Source of the DNA: Eledone cirrhosa
Lineage: Eukaryota
Length of the DNA stretch: 64,000 nucleotides
NCBI GenBank assembly: GCA_964016885.1
Contig: CAXHJY010000531.1
Span: 11,539-75,538 of the forward strand
Direction: 5' to 3'
The first letter of the stretch is position 1. Each line of letters opens with the position of its first letter. The position numbers and the translations under genes are program-made. Positions 1 to 12,625 of the stretch are shown one piece after another. The notes below the pieces were generated by a model that saw only the letters and a list, made by a program, of their open reading frames with translations, made no database searches and was not told the origin of the DNA.

Positions 1-134
1 GGGAAACCTCTGGTAATGAGGTAATTATATTGTATTATTTATTATACATTATATATATATATATATATATAGATATATATTTATATATATGTATATATGT
101 AGCTTTACATAAGACTGGGGTCCCTATGTGTGAA

Positions 135-174
<40 letters not shown>

Positions 175-447
175 CACCCAGTCCACACTGTAAATGTGGT
201 TGGCATTAGGAAGGGCATCCAGCTGTAGAAACCAAGCCAAAATCAGTTCTGTGTGAGTGAGTCACGGTCCCCCGACTTGATCCCTCATAAAAGGACAGCC
301 CGTCCCTCCTTCTTCTTCTTGAGAGGGTCATGAGTCCCCAAACACTCCTTCCAGCAGGTCCTGTCAGAAGCAACTATCTCCAAGCGAGACCAACCAAGCT
401 CATGGATGTTGTCCAACTTTCATTTCTATATTTTTCTTTCACCACAG

Positions 448-554
448 GAACCAATCGTTACTTCCGTACTATGGAACAACTTGGTATCACCATTACATTT
501 GTTGATGCCACCAACATTGATAAATTTACAGCAGCCTTTAAAGAAAACACAAAG
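448..554 (+). CDS. CTH: Cystathionine gamma-lyase, internal coding exon (5' exons lie upstream of the window)
   Basis: cag|GA..AAG|gtaagg; GTNRYFRTMEQLGITITFVDATNIDKFTAAFKENTK. Joined frame is open across 448-554, 1795-1926, 4367-4424, 6286-6363, 7518-7670, 9526-9647, 11065-11117, 13420-13558, 14551-14562. Confidence 0.95.
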
Positions 555-726
555 GTAAGGGAAAGTGTGTATGTTGAGGTGTAGTGTAGGGGTGTGTGTG
601 TGGGGGGGGGGGGGGCTCTTGTTTTTGTTTTCTTTTGATACCAGACCACTTGAAGCTTTCCCCAATTTTCTACATGATTGTTAAAGGGTTATCTATGCTA
701 ACCCCTCTCCCCAACACACACACACA

Positions 727-885
727 TTAGCAGTGGAGATTTCTGGTGTCCTTGATCCTAAGATCACCTTCCTCGTCGCCACTATCAGCACAGAGTTGGC
801 TGCCTGCAGGTGTGAGCCTTGCAAGCTAGAATGGCTCTTTCAACGCATTTCCCTCACCAACCTCCAGGGAACGCTTTCTCTGTTG
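727..885 (+). mobile_element. 3' fragment of a CRE-like (restriction-like endonuclease) non-LTR retrotransposon
   Basis: AVEISGVL...EWLFQRISLTNLQG resembles the C-terminal LFQRxSxxxQxGN motif. Confidence 0.55.
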
Positions 886-1018
886 TGTCCACCGGGACCG
901 TGGGGTGGCCAGCGGGTGGGCCTCCATTTGCTTATAGTAGTGAGAGATGGAGAGAGAGAGAGAAGGAGGAAGTGACTATACCAACATTGTTGAAGTATTT
1001 TGTAGAGTTAACGGTTAA

Positions 1019-1382
1019 CCTTTTAGAATTTAAACCGGCCATATCCAGCCAGAATTCTCTCACCTCTTTCTGTTCAAACCAGCTGTAACTGGCAACTCAT
1101 ACTGATATTAAGGTATTGTTCTCAAAATAAATAATTGTTTCTACTTTTGGCACAAGGCCAGCAATTACCCAGTGTATTACTGGTACTTTATTTTATCGAC
1201 CCTGTAAGGATGAAAGGCAAAGTTAACTTCGGCGGGATTTGAACTCAGACCACAAAGGGCCGTAACTCTTTGCTGCAACTCAAAATAAATAATCAAAATC
1301 TTATAGATTTGATATTATGTGAGGTAAAGCCTTTTCTTTGAAAATATAATAGTATATATAGAGTAACGTAAATGCTAAAGGG
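1019..1382. mobile_element. TTAA-flanked MITE (piggyBac-like) with nested SINE
   Basis: TTAA|CCTTTTAGAATTTA ... TAAATGCTAAAGGG|TTAA; SINE at ~1131-1280. Confidence 0.7.
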
Positions 1383-1794
1383 TTAAGTTATGCTCCTTAC
1401 ACCAGCTTCATAATGAGAAAGTTAGTTATTTTTTCTAAATCCCCCAGATTCTTGATTATTTTCAACATTATTGTTAGCTGGTTGTGAAGGCTTGTAGCTT
1501 AGTGGATAAGGTGTTGGGATTGTATGATTGTGCATTTGATTCCCAGACTAGGCAGCACATTGACTCCTTGAGCAGGGCACTTAATTTTCATAAGACTGGA
1601 GTCGCTATTTTTAAAACACTATAGAAGGCTATGAGATAAAACCTCATAGCAGGCCAGTTAAACCTACATTTTCATAAGTATGAAGCCTGTTATGGGCCTC
1701 ACAATGCTAACCCCTTCTTTAACTGGGAAAAAAATTACCTTAAAATGTTTGTTGTTGATTTATTTACTTTGTTTTTATTTTTTTAAACTGCCAG

Positions 1795-1926
1795 CTTGTT
1801 TGGGTTGAGACCCCAACCAATCCATTAATGAAGGTTGTCGATATTGCTGCTATTTCAAAGATAACCAAGGAGAAATCTAATGCTGTTGTTGCCATTGACA
1901 ACACATTTTCTACCCCTTATTTCCAG
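1795..1926 (+). CDS. CTH: Cystathionine gamma-lyase exon
   Basis: cag|CTT..CAG|gtaaat; LVWVETPTNPLMKVVDIAAISKITKEKSNAVVAIDNTFSTPYFQ (ETPTNP and DNTF motifs of Cys/Met PLP enzymes). Confidence 0.96.
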
Positions 1927-2215
1927 GTAAATACCGTTTTTCTTTATTTATCTGGCCAGAATTCTCTTACCTCTTTCTGTTCAAACTGGCTGTAACTGGC
2001 TGCTTACAACTGATGTTAAGGTATTGCTTTCAAGGTATCTACATCGGTGGTCGAATAAAATACACCCAGTGCACTCTGTATTACTAACACCAGAATGTAT
2101 GACAATAAAATAAAATAAAATACAGTAAGAGTAATAAGTAGAGAAAGTTAGGAATAGGTGGGATATATATATATATATATATATATGAGTGCTCTATGTA
2201 GGTTACAGAGCTTAA

Positions 2216-2448
2216 TAGTTATGTAATATACAACATAAGGTAATTATTTCATTTACCAGTGGTTTCTTGAAAGCAAACAAATCTGCTTTCAGTCGTCAGA
2301 ATGAAAAAATCCTGGTGTTTTTATTGAATGTGGATTTGAAAACTTTGAATGTGGATTTTTCATTCTGACGACTGAAAGCAGATTTGTTTGCTTTCAAGAA
2401 ACCACTGGTAAATGAAATAATTATCTTATGTTGTTTATTACATAACTA
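2216..2448. mobile_element. Palindromic Penelope-like pseudo-LTR remnant
   Basis: ~96-bp inverted arms, ~40-nt spacer, flanked by (TA)n, hammerhead motif in each arm. Confidence 0.6.
2358..2417 (+). ncRNA. Minimal type-I hammerhead ribozyme motif (mirror copy on - strand 2247-2306)
   Basis: UUUCAUU-CUGACGA-helix II (UGAAAGCAGA/UUUGCUUUCA)-GAAA-CCACUGG-UA^AAUGAAA; 7-bp helix I, GUA triplet, C.A mismatch at base of helix II. Confidence 0.7.
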
Positions 2449-3374
2449 TATATATATATATATATATATAGATAGATATAAATATATATAGAGAGAGATA
2501 TAAATATATATGAGCAAGACACATTACTTCTCATTGTTCCAGTTCACTGAGTTGTAAAAATGAGTTACGTTGTCACTGGTGCCAAGCTGTATCGGCCATT
2601 GACTTTCCCTTGGACAACATCATATATAGTATATACATATACTGTACATCATCATCATCATCATCATCAACGTTTAACGTCCGTGTTCCACGCTTGCATG
2701 GGTTTGGACGGGGGTAGTCCCACTTGAGGCAAGAGTGATTGTCTTGCTCGCATAGGACTGTCTGGCAGGTTTTCTACAGTTGGATGCCCTTCCTAACACC
2801 AACCACATTTACAGTGTGGGTCTGGGAGGTTTTTACCGTGTTGCCTACACGGCCACATTACAGCGTGGACTGTGTGTTTTTTTTTTAGTGTATATATAAT
2901 GTACATAGTATACATATACTGTTCATACTGTATATATAATTGTTTCTACTTTTGGCACAAGGCCAGCAATTACCCCAGTGCATTACTGGTACTTTATTTT
3001 ATCGACCTCATAAGGATGAAAGGCAAAGTTAACCTTGGCGGGATTTGAATTCAGATCATAAAGGGGCGTAAGTCTGTGCTGCAAAGTGTATATATTATTG
3101 TTTCTACTTTTGGCACAAGGCCAGCAATTAACCAGTGCATTACTGGTACTTTATTTTATCGACCCCGTAAGGATGAAAGGCAAAGTTAACCTCGGCGGGA
3201 TTTGAACTCAGAATGACAAGGGCCATAACTCTATGCGTCAAAGCATGGCATCCGACCCTCTACCGATACTGCCAATCCAAGTGTATATATAATGTACATA
3301 GCATATACATATACTGTACATAGTGTATATATACTTTACACAGTGTATATATCATGTATATATAGTGTATTTAT

Positions 3375-3553
3375 GAGTTGTGATGTCACAGGTGCCAAGC
3401 TGTATCAGCCATTGCCTTTCCCTTGGACAACATATATATATATATATATGTATCATATTATATTTATATATATATGTTGTGATGTCACTGTTGCCAAGCT
3501 GTATCAGCCATTGCCTTTCCCTTGGACAACATCATATATAGTGTATATATGAA

Positions 3554-3595
<42 letters not shown>

Positions 3596-3812
3596 CATAT
3601 TATATTTATATATATATGTTGTGATGTCACTGTTGCCAAGCTGTATCAGCCATTGCCTTTCCCTTGGACAACATCATATATAGTGTATATATGAAACACA
3701 CATATATATATATATATATATATATGTATCATATTATATTTATATATATATGTTGTGATGTCACTGTTGCCAAGCTGTATCAGCCATTGCCTTTCCCTTG
3801 GACAACATCTGT
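3375..3812. repeat. Tandem amplification of a SINE internal segment with TA spacers
   Basis: Four copies of GTTGTGATGTCAC..GCCAAGCTGTATCAGCCATTGCCTTTCCCTTGGACAACAT. Confidence 0.85.
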
Positions 3813-4366
3813 GGCATGGAGAGAAGAGACTGGTATGTATGGGTGTCTGCTGGTCTTCCACAAACAACCTTACCCAGACTTGTGCCTCCGAGGGAAACTT
3901 TCTAGGTTTAAATCCCATTGTCATATGTAACCGAAGGGGGTCTTTACCCTTTACCCATTACCTTAAATATTCTTAACCTGTAGTGAGGTAATCTCTTTCA
4001 ACCACTTAACACCAGCAGCTAATCACCATTCATAGTTCACTAAATCGGGAGTTCACATCTTCACAGCAGGTTGTGTCGTTATATTTGGTAATGTAATCCT
4101 AGGTGTTTGATCCTTGAGCAAATTCCTTAACTTTTAGCGTGCTAGTAACTTCTTTGAGTTGTTTCCCTTGACACTGCATTATCTATGAGAGGGAGATTAC
4201 TAATGGTGCCTTGTGTCGCCAACAGCATGTTGACAGTTATTTACAATAAACTATTTAAATTGATCATTGTTTTAACTGTTTGTTTTTCATGTTTGAAACG
4301 TTCATTATTATTTTATTTTATTTCTTTGTTTTTTTTTTTTTCTCTATCCACCGGACTTGCTTCTAG

Positions 4367-4424
4367 CGACCCCTGGATTTTGGTGCTGATATTGTGGTTC
4401 ATTCTATGACGAAATATATGAATG
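4367..4424 (+). CDS. CTH: Cystathionine gamma-lyase exon with PLP-binding lysine
   Basis: tag|CGA..G|gtatat; RPLDFGADIVVHSMTKYMN (SxTKY motif). Confidence 0.95.
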
Positions 4425-6285
4425 GTATATATTAATAATAATAATAATAATAATGAAATTATTGTGTAAAATGCTCAGGTGCACTACAACTCGTCAAAGG
4501 TGTATGTATAGTACATAGAACAATACACAAATGTCAGGGAAGTGAATAGTGTATGAGTCATGGTATACGTGTGTGTATGTGTATGGAGGGGGAACATTAG
4601 CTGTAGTGTTGGCGGATCTCGGGAAGCATGGATGCCTTAAAGGATGCAGTGTCTCGACAGCAAACAACTGATTTTCTCAATAAGAATAATTGTTTCTACT
4701 TTTGGCACAAGGCCAGCAATTATCGCAGTGTATTACTGGTACTTTATTTTATCGACCCCATAAGTATGAAAGGCAAAATTAACCGTGGCAGCATTTGAAC
4801 TCAGTTCATAAAGGGACGCAACTCTGTGCTGGAAAGCATGGCGTCCGACCCTCTACCGATACTACCGAACCACCACCCATTAAGAATAATGCTTTCATCA
4901 TACTGTTAATATTGCTGTTGTTATTGATGTTATTATTATTTTGATTATTAGGGTGGTTGGTTGGCAGTATCAGTACAGCGGCGAACACCATGCTTCGTGG
5001 CATAGAGTTATGTACCTTTACATTCTGAGTTCAGATGCCGCCGAAGTAAACTTTACCTTTCATCCTTATGGGGTTGATAAAATAAAGTACCAGTAATACA
5101 CTGGAATAATTGCTGGCCTTGTGCCCAAAGTAGAAACAATTATTATATAATATATATATATATATATTTATTAAAATAACAGATTAAAGTTTAAGCAAAG
5201 AATCGCTGCTTTCACCCTTAACGAGATCTTCTGAAACTCTTGGCAGGATTTGAACTCAGATCATAAAGGGACGCAACTCTATGCTGGAAAGCATGGCGTC
5301 CGACCTACCGATACTACGAGCCCTCTTTGGATTTTAGTCTTCAAATTTATTATTATTACTATATATATATTATATATATATATAAACAATGAGTTATAGG
5401 CTTTGTTGATAAGTATTCAACAGAGTTATGTTCATAACAGAAATGAAGCACTCTACAGCTAAAATCATCTGGAGTATTATAATAATCATTGTAATGAATG
5501 GAAAATATATCACTATAGCATCTTATTTTATTTCGGTCCTTTTTCTTCTTCTTCTTCTTCTTCTTCTTCTTCTTCTTCTTGGGATGGTACAAGCCTTGTG
5601 CCTAAATTAGACCGCATTATTATCCCACCGAGGTTAACTTTGCCTTACATCCTTACGGGGTCGATAAAATAAAGTACCAGTAATGTACTGGGTAATTGCT
5701 GGCCTTGTGCCAAAAGTAGAAACAATTATATATATTTCAAGGATATTAATTTATAGTATGCTTTCATCAGATAAAATACAATATGGATGAAAGGCAAAGT
5801 TAACCTCTGCGGGATTTGAACTCAGACCATAAAGGGCCGTAACTCTTTGCTGCAAAGCATGGCGTCCGACCCTCTACTGATACTGCCAATCCACCATAAA
5901 ATATGATGCTATATTGATATATTTTCCATTTATTACTATTATTATATATATATAGAAACAATTATATATATATATATATGTATATATAGTATATATACGT
6001 ATATGTATATGTATATATATAGTAAAAAAGTTTGATAGAAAAATCCAAGGGTAAGAGCACTCAGTACATAGGACCCCTTTTTTAAAACTAATTTCTAAAT
6101 TAGCTGCCTTTGTTTAAACTCTTATGTTATATTTCTGAAAGGAAATCACAAACAATGTCTGGCGGCCATTTTTCTTTTTCTTATGACAGACTGAATGAGG
6201 TGGGGTCCAGAACCCAACGAAACTTCAGTACCTGTTTATGTCACTGTTGTAATTATATATATTGTTGTTCATATTGTTGTTGTAG

Positions 6286-6363
6286 GCCACTCTGATGCTG
6301 TGATGGGTTGTATTGCACTCAACGATGATAAAATGGCTGCAAGGCTACGATTTTTACAGAATG
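6286..6363 (+). CDS. CTH: Cystathionine gamma-lyase exon
   Basis: tag|GC..G|gtaaac; GHSDAVMGCIALNDDKMAARLRFLQN. Confidence 0.95.
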
Positions 6364-6679
6364 GTAAACTGGAACATTTCTCTTTTGCATTCTTTGATTA
6401 TTTTCAACACGCTGTGTGGGGGTGTGTAGGTGTGTGTAGTGCTGGTGTCATGATAAAATGCACCCAGCAAAGTCGTTGATGTATGGAAGAGCACTAACAA
6501 ATGAACAAGATGGGGTGTGTAGGTGTGTGTAGTGCTGGTGTCATGATAAAATGCACCCAGCAAAGTCGTTGATGTATGGAAGAGCACTAACAAATGAACA
6601 AGATGGGGTTCCTTGATCAGGTATCTCAGACTAGATGATGATAGAGATGTGTGTATATATATATACATTCACAGAGAAA

Positions 6680-6710
<31 letters not shown>

Positions 6711-6713
<3 letters not shown>

Positions 6714-6838
6714 GGTAAAAGTATGACCCCGACGGCAGAGCTCAAGCCATTTCGACGGCTATTTCTGGACTCATTTCAGTCCAGATATAGCCATCGAAAC
6801 GGCTTGAGCTCTGCCGTCGGGGTCATACTTTTTCCTAT
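6711..6838. mobile_element. Palindromic Penelope-like remnant with hammerhead 3' half only
   Basis: ~60-bp inverted arms between (TA)n tracts; GAAA-CGGC..GCCG-UC present, CUGANGA absent. Confidence 0.5.
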
Positions 6839-7099
6839 TACCCACTCTACTACCCTAAGTATTGAGTACTCTGGTGCGTTATGGTCCATCTGGTTCCTTA
6901 CCACAACTCCTTTGTTATATATATATATATAAATATATATATAGAGAGAGAGAGAGAAAGAGAAAATTGTATGTATATGTGTGTGTGTATAAATAGGCGT
7001 GTGTGTATGTATATATAGGGAGAGAAATGTATGTAGAGGGAAAGAAAATTGTATGTATATGTGTCTGTATATATAGGTGTGTGTGTATATATATATATA

Positions 7100-7385
7100 G
7101 GGAGAGCAATGTGTGTGTGTGTATATGGAGAGCAATGTATGTGTGTGTGTATATATATGGAGAGCAATGTATGTGTGTGTGTATATATATGGAGAGCAAT
7201 GTATGTGTGTGTGTATATATATATGGAGAGCAATGTACGTGTGTGTATATATATATAGGGAGAGCAATGTATGTGTGTGTGTGTATATATATGGAGAGCA
7301 ATGTACGTGTGTGTATATATATATAGAGAGAGAGAGCAATGTATGTGTGTGTGTATATATATAGGGAGAGCAATGTATGTGTGTG
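7100..7385. repeat. ~30-bp tandem repeat GGAGAGCAATGT(AT)(GT)n(AT)n
   Basis: About nine copies visible. Confidence 0.9.
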
Positions 7386-7517
7386 CACACTTACCTGTAT
7401 TATATAAACCTGTATTACGGGGTCGATAAAATAAAGTACCAGTAATACACTGGGATAATTGTTGGCCTTATGCTAAATGTAGAAACAATTATATAAACCT
7501 GTATTCCCTTTTTACAG

Positions 7518-7670
7518 CTTGTGGTGCAATCCCGTCACCATTTGACTGCTTTCTTGTGAACCGTGGCTTGAAAACTCTTCATGTCCGGATGCAGGAACAC
7601 CAGAAGAATGGTCTGGCAGTGACAAAGTTTCTGGAGAGTAACCCAAGGGTGGTGAAAGTTATACATCCTG
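7518..7670 (+). CDS. CTH: Cystathionine gamma-lyase exon
   Basis: cag|CT..G|gtaggt; ACGAIPSPFDCFLVNRGLKTLHVRMQEHQKNGLAVTKFLESNPRVVKVIHP. Confidence 0.96.
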
Positions 7671-7904
7671 GTAGGTTTAACTTTGGCTCTTTCTGAAGTT
7701 TATATATATCATCATCATCATCATCATCATTTTTATGTCCGCTTTTCCCTGCTTGCAAGGGTCGGATGGGAACTGATTTCTACAGCTGGATGCCCTTCCT
7801 AACACCAACCTCATTTACAGTGTGGACTGGGTGCTTTTGTGCCGTGGCACCTCTACGACCACTTTGCAGTGGAATGATATGGACTCCAGTCCCTATCATC
7901 TCAT

Positions 7905-8036
7905 TTCTACAGCTGAGTAAACTGGAGCAATGTGAAATAAAGTGTCTTGCTCAAGGAAACAACACATCACCCAGTCTGAGAATTGAACTCACAACCTTTC
8001 GATTGCAATTACAATGCTATAACCACTAAACCATGT

Positions 8037-8040
<4 letters not shown>
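7905..8040 (-). mobile_element. CORE-type tRNA SINE head; copies at ~16127-16265 (-), ~22287-22440 (+), ~1490-1600 (+)
   Basis: TGGTTTAGTGG A-box, GAGTTCAATTC B-box, CCTTGAGCAAGACACTT core. Confidence 0.75.
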
Positions 8041-8102
<62 letters not shown>

Positions 8103-8105
<3 letters not shown>

Positions 8106-8631
8106 TCATCAACATTTAACGTCCATCTTCCACGCTTGCATGGGTTTGGACGGGGGTTTTCCCACTTGAGGCAAGAGTGATTGTCTTGCTCGCATAGGAC
8201 TGTCTGGCAGGTTTTCTACAGTTGGATGCCCTTCTTAACACCAACCACATTTACAGTGTGGGTCTGGGAGGTTGTTACCGTATTGCCTACACGGCCACAT
8301 TACAGCGTGGATTGTGTGTTTTTTTGTCGTGACACCTACACGATCTCATTTGTTTCGGCCTGGATGGTGTGGCACCAACATAACTTTACATAGAAGGGGG
8401 CGGTGTGGATGGGGTGGGGGTGGGTGGGACGGGGGTGTATTTTGTTAGGGATGCCTACTGACTGTAGTAGGTTTTACTATGTATTTAGGTAAGGCGGGTC
8501 TTCTCTATTACTAAGTACCGCCAAAGGTCTCGGTCCAGTGACATTGTCTTGGAGAGGTGTAAGTGTGTGAGGTCGGAGTTTATCAGCTCGTCCCAGGTTT
8601 TTCTAGGTCTGCCTATTCCGTGGCTACCGTC

Positions 8632-8637
<6 letters not shown>
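8103..8637 (-). mobile_element. RTE LINE 3' end; similar ends at 2648-2880 (-), 22894-23573 (+), 40277-40930 (+), 54791-55414 (+)
   Basis: [27 protein letters not shown], shared 3'UTR and (GAT)n tail. Confidence 0.88.
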
Positions 8638-8677
<40 letters not shown>

Positions 8678-8680
<3 letters not shown>

Positions 8681-8955
8681 AGGCATATGATATATATATA
8701 TGGAGGCATATGATATATATATATGGAGGCATATGATATATATATATGGAGGCATATGATATATATATATGGAGGCATATGATATATATATATATAGAGG
8801 CATATGATATATATATATAGAGGCATATGATATATATATATAGAGGCATATGATATATATATATATATATAGAGGCATATGATATATATATATATATATA
8901 TATAGAGAGGCATATGATATATATATATATATATATATATATGGAGGCATATGAT
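8678..8955. repeat. Tandem repeat GAGGCATATG(AT)n
   Basis: About eleven copies visible. Confidence 0.9.
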
Positions 8956-9525
8956 ATATATATATATATATATCATCATGCACACACACATACACAATCA
9001 CATGCACACACATGAATACTTAATTGCTCACGCACATGCACGTACACACACACATGAATACTTAATTGCTCACATGCACATGCACACACGCACACACATG
9101 CACATGCCCACGCACACACACATGCAAACGCACACACCCGCATGCACACACACTCACATGAATCCTTAATTGCTCACGTAAACACGCTTAGGAATATGGT
9201 TGAATACACACCTGCATTGCAGCCCCACCCCCCAATTACACCAAAATACACACAAACGCCCACACACAAGAACATAGGAGCCAATGGCTCTGTATATACC
9301 TTCTCGGCCCACATACCACAACAAAAATGTATCTTTTGTCGCATCACCTCCCCATCCTCATCACCCCCACTCCCCCCGTCAACCACCCCACTTCCATCAC
9401 CCTCTCCCCTTCCCCATCATCCCCTCTCTTCCCTTCCCCAACCACATCACCTCCCAGGTCTACCTTCTCACACACGTGTGTACACCCCCCCTCTCTCACC
9501 ATCTCTTCTCCTCTCTCCCTAACAG

Positions 9526-9647
9526 GTCTGCCTTCTCACCCTCAATATGAATTGTCCAGACGACAGATGCGAGGCTTCAGTGGAATGGTCTCCCTCTATA
9601 TCAAAGGTGGAATTGAAGAATCCAAGAAGTTTCTCCAATCTTTAAAG
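9526..9647 (+). CDS. CTH: Cystathionine gamma-lyase exon
   Basis: cag|GT..AAG|gtaaat; GLPSHPQYELSRRQMRGFSGMVSLYIKGGIEESKKFLQSLK. Confidence 0.95.
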
Positions 9648-9723
9648 GTAAATCATTCTTCTTTCTTTTCTTTCTCCTACTTACTGTTCAATGTATCACC
9701 TCTATAATCTGTGGTTTGATGAG

Positions 9724-10544
9724 CTTAAACTTAACCCCTTGGCTTAAACTCAACCCCTTGGCTTAAACTCAACCCCTTGGCTTAAACTCAACCCTTTGGC
9801 TTAAACTCAACCCCTTGGCTTAAACTCAACCCCTTGGCTTAAACTCAATCCCTTGGCTTAAACTCAACCCTTTGGCTTAAACTCAACCCCTTGGCTTAAA
9901 CTCAACCCCTTGGCTTAAACTCAATCCCTTGGCTTAAACTCAACCCCTTAGCTTAAACTCAACCCCTTGGCTTAAACTCAACCCCTTGGCTTAAACTCAA
10001 CCCCTTGGCTTAAACTCAACCCTTTGGCTTAAACTCAACCCCTTGGCTTAAACTCAACCCCTTGGCTTAAACTCAATCCCTTGGCTTAAACTCAACCCTT
10101 TGGCTTAAACTCAACCCCTTAGCTTAAACTCAACCCCTTAGCTTAAACTCAACACCTTGGCTTAAACTCAACCCCTTAGCTTAAACTCAACCCCTTGGCT
10201 TAAACTCAACCCCTTAGCTTAAACTCAACACCTTGGCTTAAACTCAACCCCTTGGCTTAAACTCAACCCCTTGGCTTAAACTCAATCCCTTGGCTTAAAC
10301 TCAACCCCTTGGCTTAAACTCAACCCCTTGGCTTAAACTCAATCCCTTGGCTTAAACTCAACCCTTTGGCTTAAACTCAACCCCTTGGCTTAAACTCAAC
10401 CCCTTGGCTTAAACTCAACCCCTTGGCTTAAACTCAACCCTTTGGCTTAAACTCAACCCCTTGGCTTAAACTCAACCCTTTGGCTTAAACTCAACCCCTT
10501 GGCTTAAACTCAACCCCTTGGCTTAAACTCAACCCTTTGGCTTA
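9724..10544. repeat. 19-bp minisatellite, about 43 copies
   Basis: Unit CTTAAACTCAACCCCTTGG with single-base variants. Confidence 0.97.
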
Positions 10545-11064
10545 CCAGGTCAATAAAATAAAGCACCAGTAATGCACTGGGGTCAATTTAATGAACTCCC
10601 GCCCCCCAAAAAAAATTGCTGGCCTTCTGCTTATAGTAGAAATTATTATTTGGTTTGGCAGTATGGGTAGAGCGTCGGACACCATGCTTTGCAGCATAGG
10701 GTTATGGCCCTTTACGTTCTGAGTTCAAATCTGCTGAGGTTAACTTTGCCTTTCATCCTTACAGGGTCAATAAAATAAAATACCAGTAATGCACTGGGGT
10801 CGATTTAATCTACTTTCCTCTCCCCTAATTGCTGGCCTTGTGCCTACTGTAGAAATCATTTTTATTATTTCTTCTATTAAATACTTTATAGTGTTTGTAC
10901 CGGTTCTTTGACATTCTGAGTTCAAATCTGCCAAGGTTAACTTTGTCGTTCATCCTTACGGGGGTCGATAAAATAAAGTACCAGTAATGCACTGGTTAGT
11001 AACAATTAATTCTCATGTGTGTTTTTATTTATTTATTTATTTGATTTTTAAATTTTATTTCCAG

Positions 11065-11117
11065 CTTTTCACAACAGCTGAAAGTTTGGGTGGCTTTGAA
11101 AGCCTTATTGAATTACC
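11065..11117 (+). CDS. CTH: Cystathionine gamma-lyase exon
   Basis: cag|CTT..CC|gtaagt; LFTTAESLGGFESLIELP. Confidence 0.95.
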
Positions 11118-11238
11118 GTAAGTTTGTCTTAGTTGATATTTACTGTCTATTGTTGTTGTGGGTGATGAACAGGAGTAGAGGTTGGGTTGGGGTGTGGTGG
11201 AGAATCATTTCAATCTGAACGGCCATTTTTAGATTTAA

Positions 11239-11446
11239 TCCTTTAGCATTTAAACCGGCTGTATCCAGCCAGAATTCTCTCACCTCTTTCTGTTCAAACC
11301 GGCTGTAACTGGCCACTCATACTTATGTTAAGGTATTGTTCTCAAAATAAATACTATCAAAATCTCATAAATTCGATATTATGTGAAGTAAAGCCTTTAC
11401 TGTGAAAATACAATAGTAAATATAGAGTAATGTAAATGCTAAAGGG
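11239..11446. mobile_element. Second, uninterrupted copy of the TTAA MITE
   Basis: TTAA|TCCTTTAGCATTTA ... TAAATGCTAAAGGG|TTAA; internal sequence matches 1019-1382. Confidence 0.75.
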
Positions 11447-11869
11447 TTAAATGAATCTATATTATTATAAGAACGCTCTCTGGCTGTTTGTCCATCTGTC
11501 ATGCTCACTTATTATAGAGAGGGGGGAGATATGTACATAGGTACATAGATAGAGAGAGAAAAGGGAACGCTGTGTGTTTTCGAGGTAACAGACAGAGGTA
11601 GACAGATAGAAAGTTATGATGTCGCCCTCATCTATATACAGAGAGGGGTAGTGCCAAGAGAAAGAGATGTACATAGATAAAGAAAAGGAGTGTGACAGAA
11701 AAGGGAGATGATGATGCTGCTCTCTTCAAATATATATAATTCACACTATAATTATTAGAACCACATAATTTAGAAACAAAAAGACATTCAAGAAAACATA
11801 AATTTAGCTAACTTTTAGGTTTAACGAATATATGTAATTAAGACTATTAATTATTATTTCAGTATTTGG

Positions 11870-12330
11870 TAATCAGAAGGGAGGTAGGTAAAAAAGCCAA
11901 ACTTGCTATCTTCAACACCTATAGTCATGAATCTTGGGTAATGACCGAGAGAATATGATCGCGAATACAAGCAGTCTTTGGAGTAATGTTACTCAATAAA
12001 GTGCATAGCTCAGAGATCAGAGAGTCGCTCCAGTTAGAGTCATTATTTCTTCAAATTGAAAGATCACAGCTCCGATACTATGGGCATGTGGTTAGATTGT
12101 CACAGAGAAGAATCGCTGGATAGATTTTGCGGGCAAAGCCAACAGGTAGGAAACCCAGGGGTAGACCTTGAGTGAGATGGTTGGATAGCATCCATGAGCT
12201 TGGATGGTCATGCTTGGGGATCCAGCCAGATCAATTAGAGACAGTTGTTTCTGACAGGGACCTGCTGGAGGGAGTGTTTGAGGACTCTTCTCCCATGACC
12301 CTCTCAGGAATAAGTGGGCGAAGAAGAAGA
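11870..12330 (+). mobile_element. Degenerate LINE 3' fragment
   Basis: HESWVMT, QLRYYGHVVRL, KPRGRP..RWLDSI motifs. Confidence 0.7.
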
Positions 12331-12356
12331 CTATTAATTATTATTAGATTCATTAG

Positions 12357-12547
12357 GGCGGTGGATTGGCAGTATCGGTAGAGGGTCGGACACCATGCTT
12401 TGACGTATAGAGTTACGGCCCTTGCCATTCTGAGTTCAAATCCCGCCGAGGTTAACTTTGCCTTTCATCCTTATGGGGTCAATAAAATAAAGTACCAGTA
12501 ATGCTCTGGATAATTGCTGGCCTTGTGCCAAAAGTAGAAACAATTAT
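12357..12547 (+). mobile_element. tRNA-derived SINE, octopus OK-like family (representative of more than 20 full or partial copies, e.g. 3097-3279 -, 4952-5143 +, 10655-10860 +, 37333-37520 +, 39146-39335 -, 39968-40145 -, 40949-41135 -, 56937-57108 +, 62183-62346 +)
   Basis: A-box TGGCAGTATCGG, B-box GAGTTCAAATCC, shared body ending GGCCTTGTGCCAAAAGTAGAAACAATTAT. Family name is from recall. Confidence 0.85.
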
Positions 12548-12625
12548 TAGATTCATAGTTTATTATAAACAAAAATGCATACAAGAAAACATGAATTTAG
12601 CTAACATTTAGGTTTAATGAATATA

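Noticed and set aside
9724-10544. CRISPR-like or telomere-like array
   Set aside because: No unique spacers and no TTAGGG units; plain minisatellite in a eukaryotic intron.
12357-12547. tRNA genes
   Set aside because: A and B boxes belong to SINE heads; no cloverleaf with an acceptor stem.
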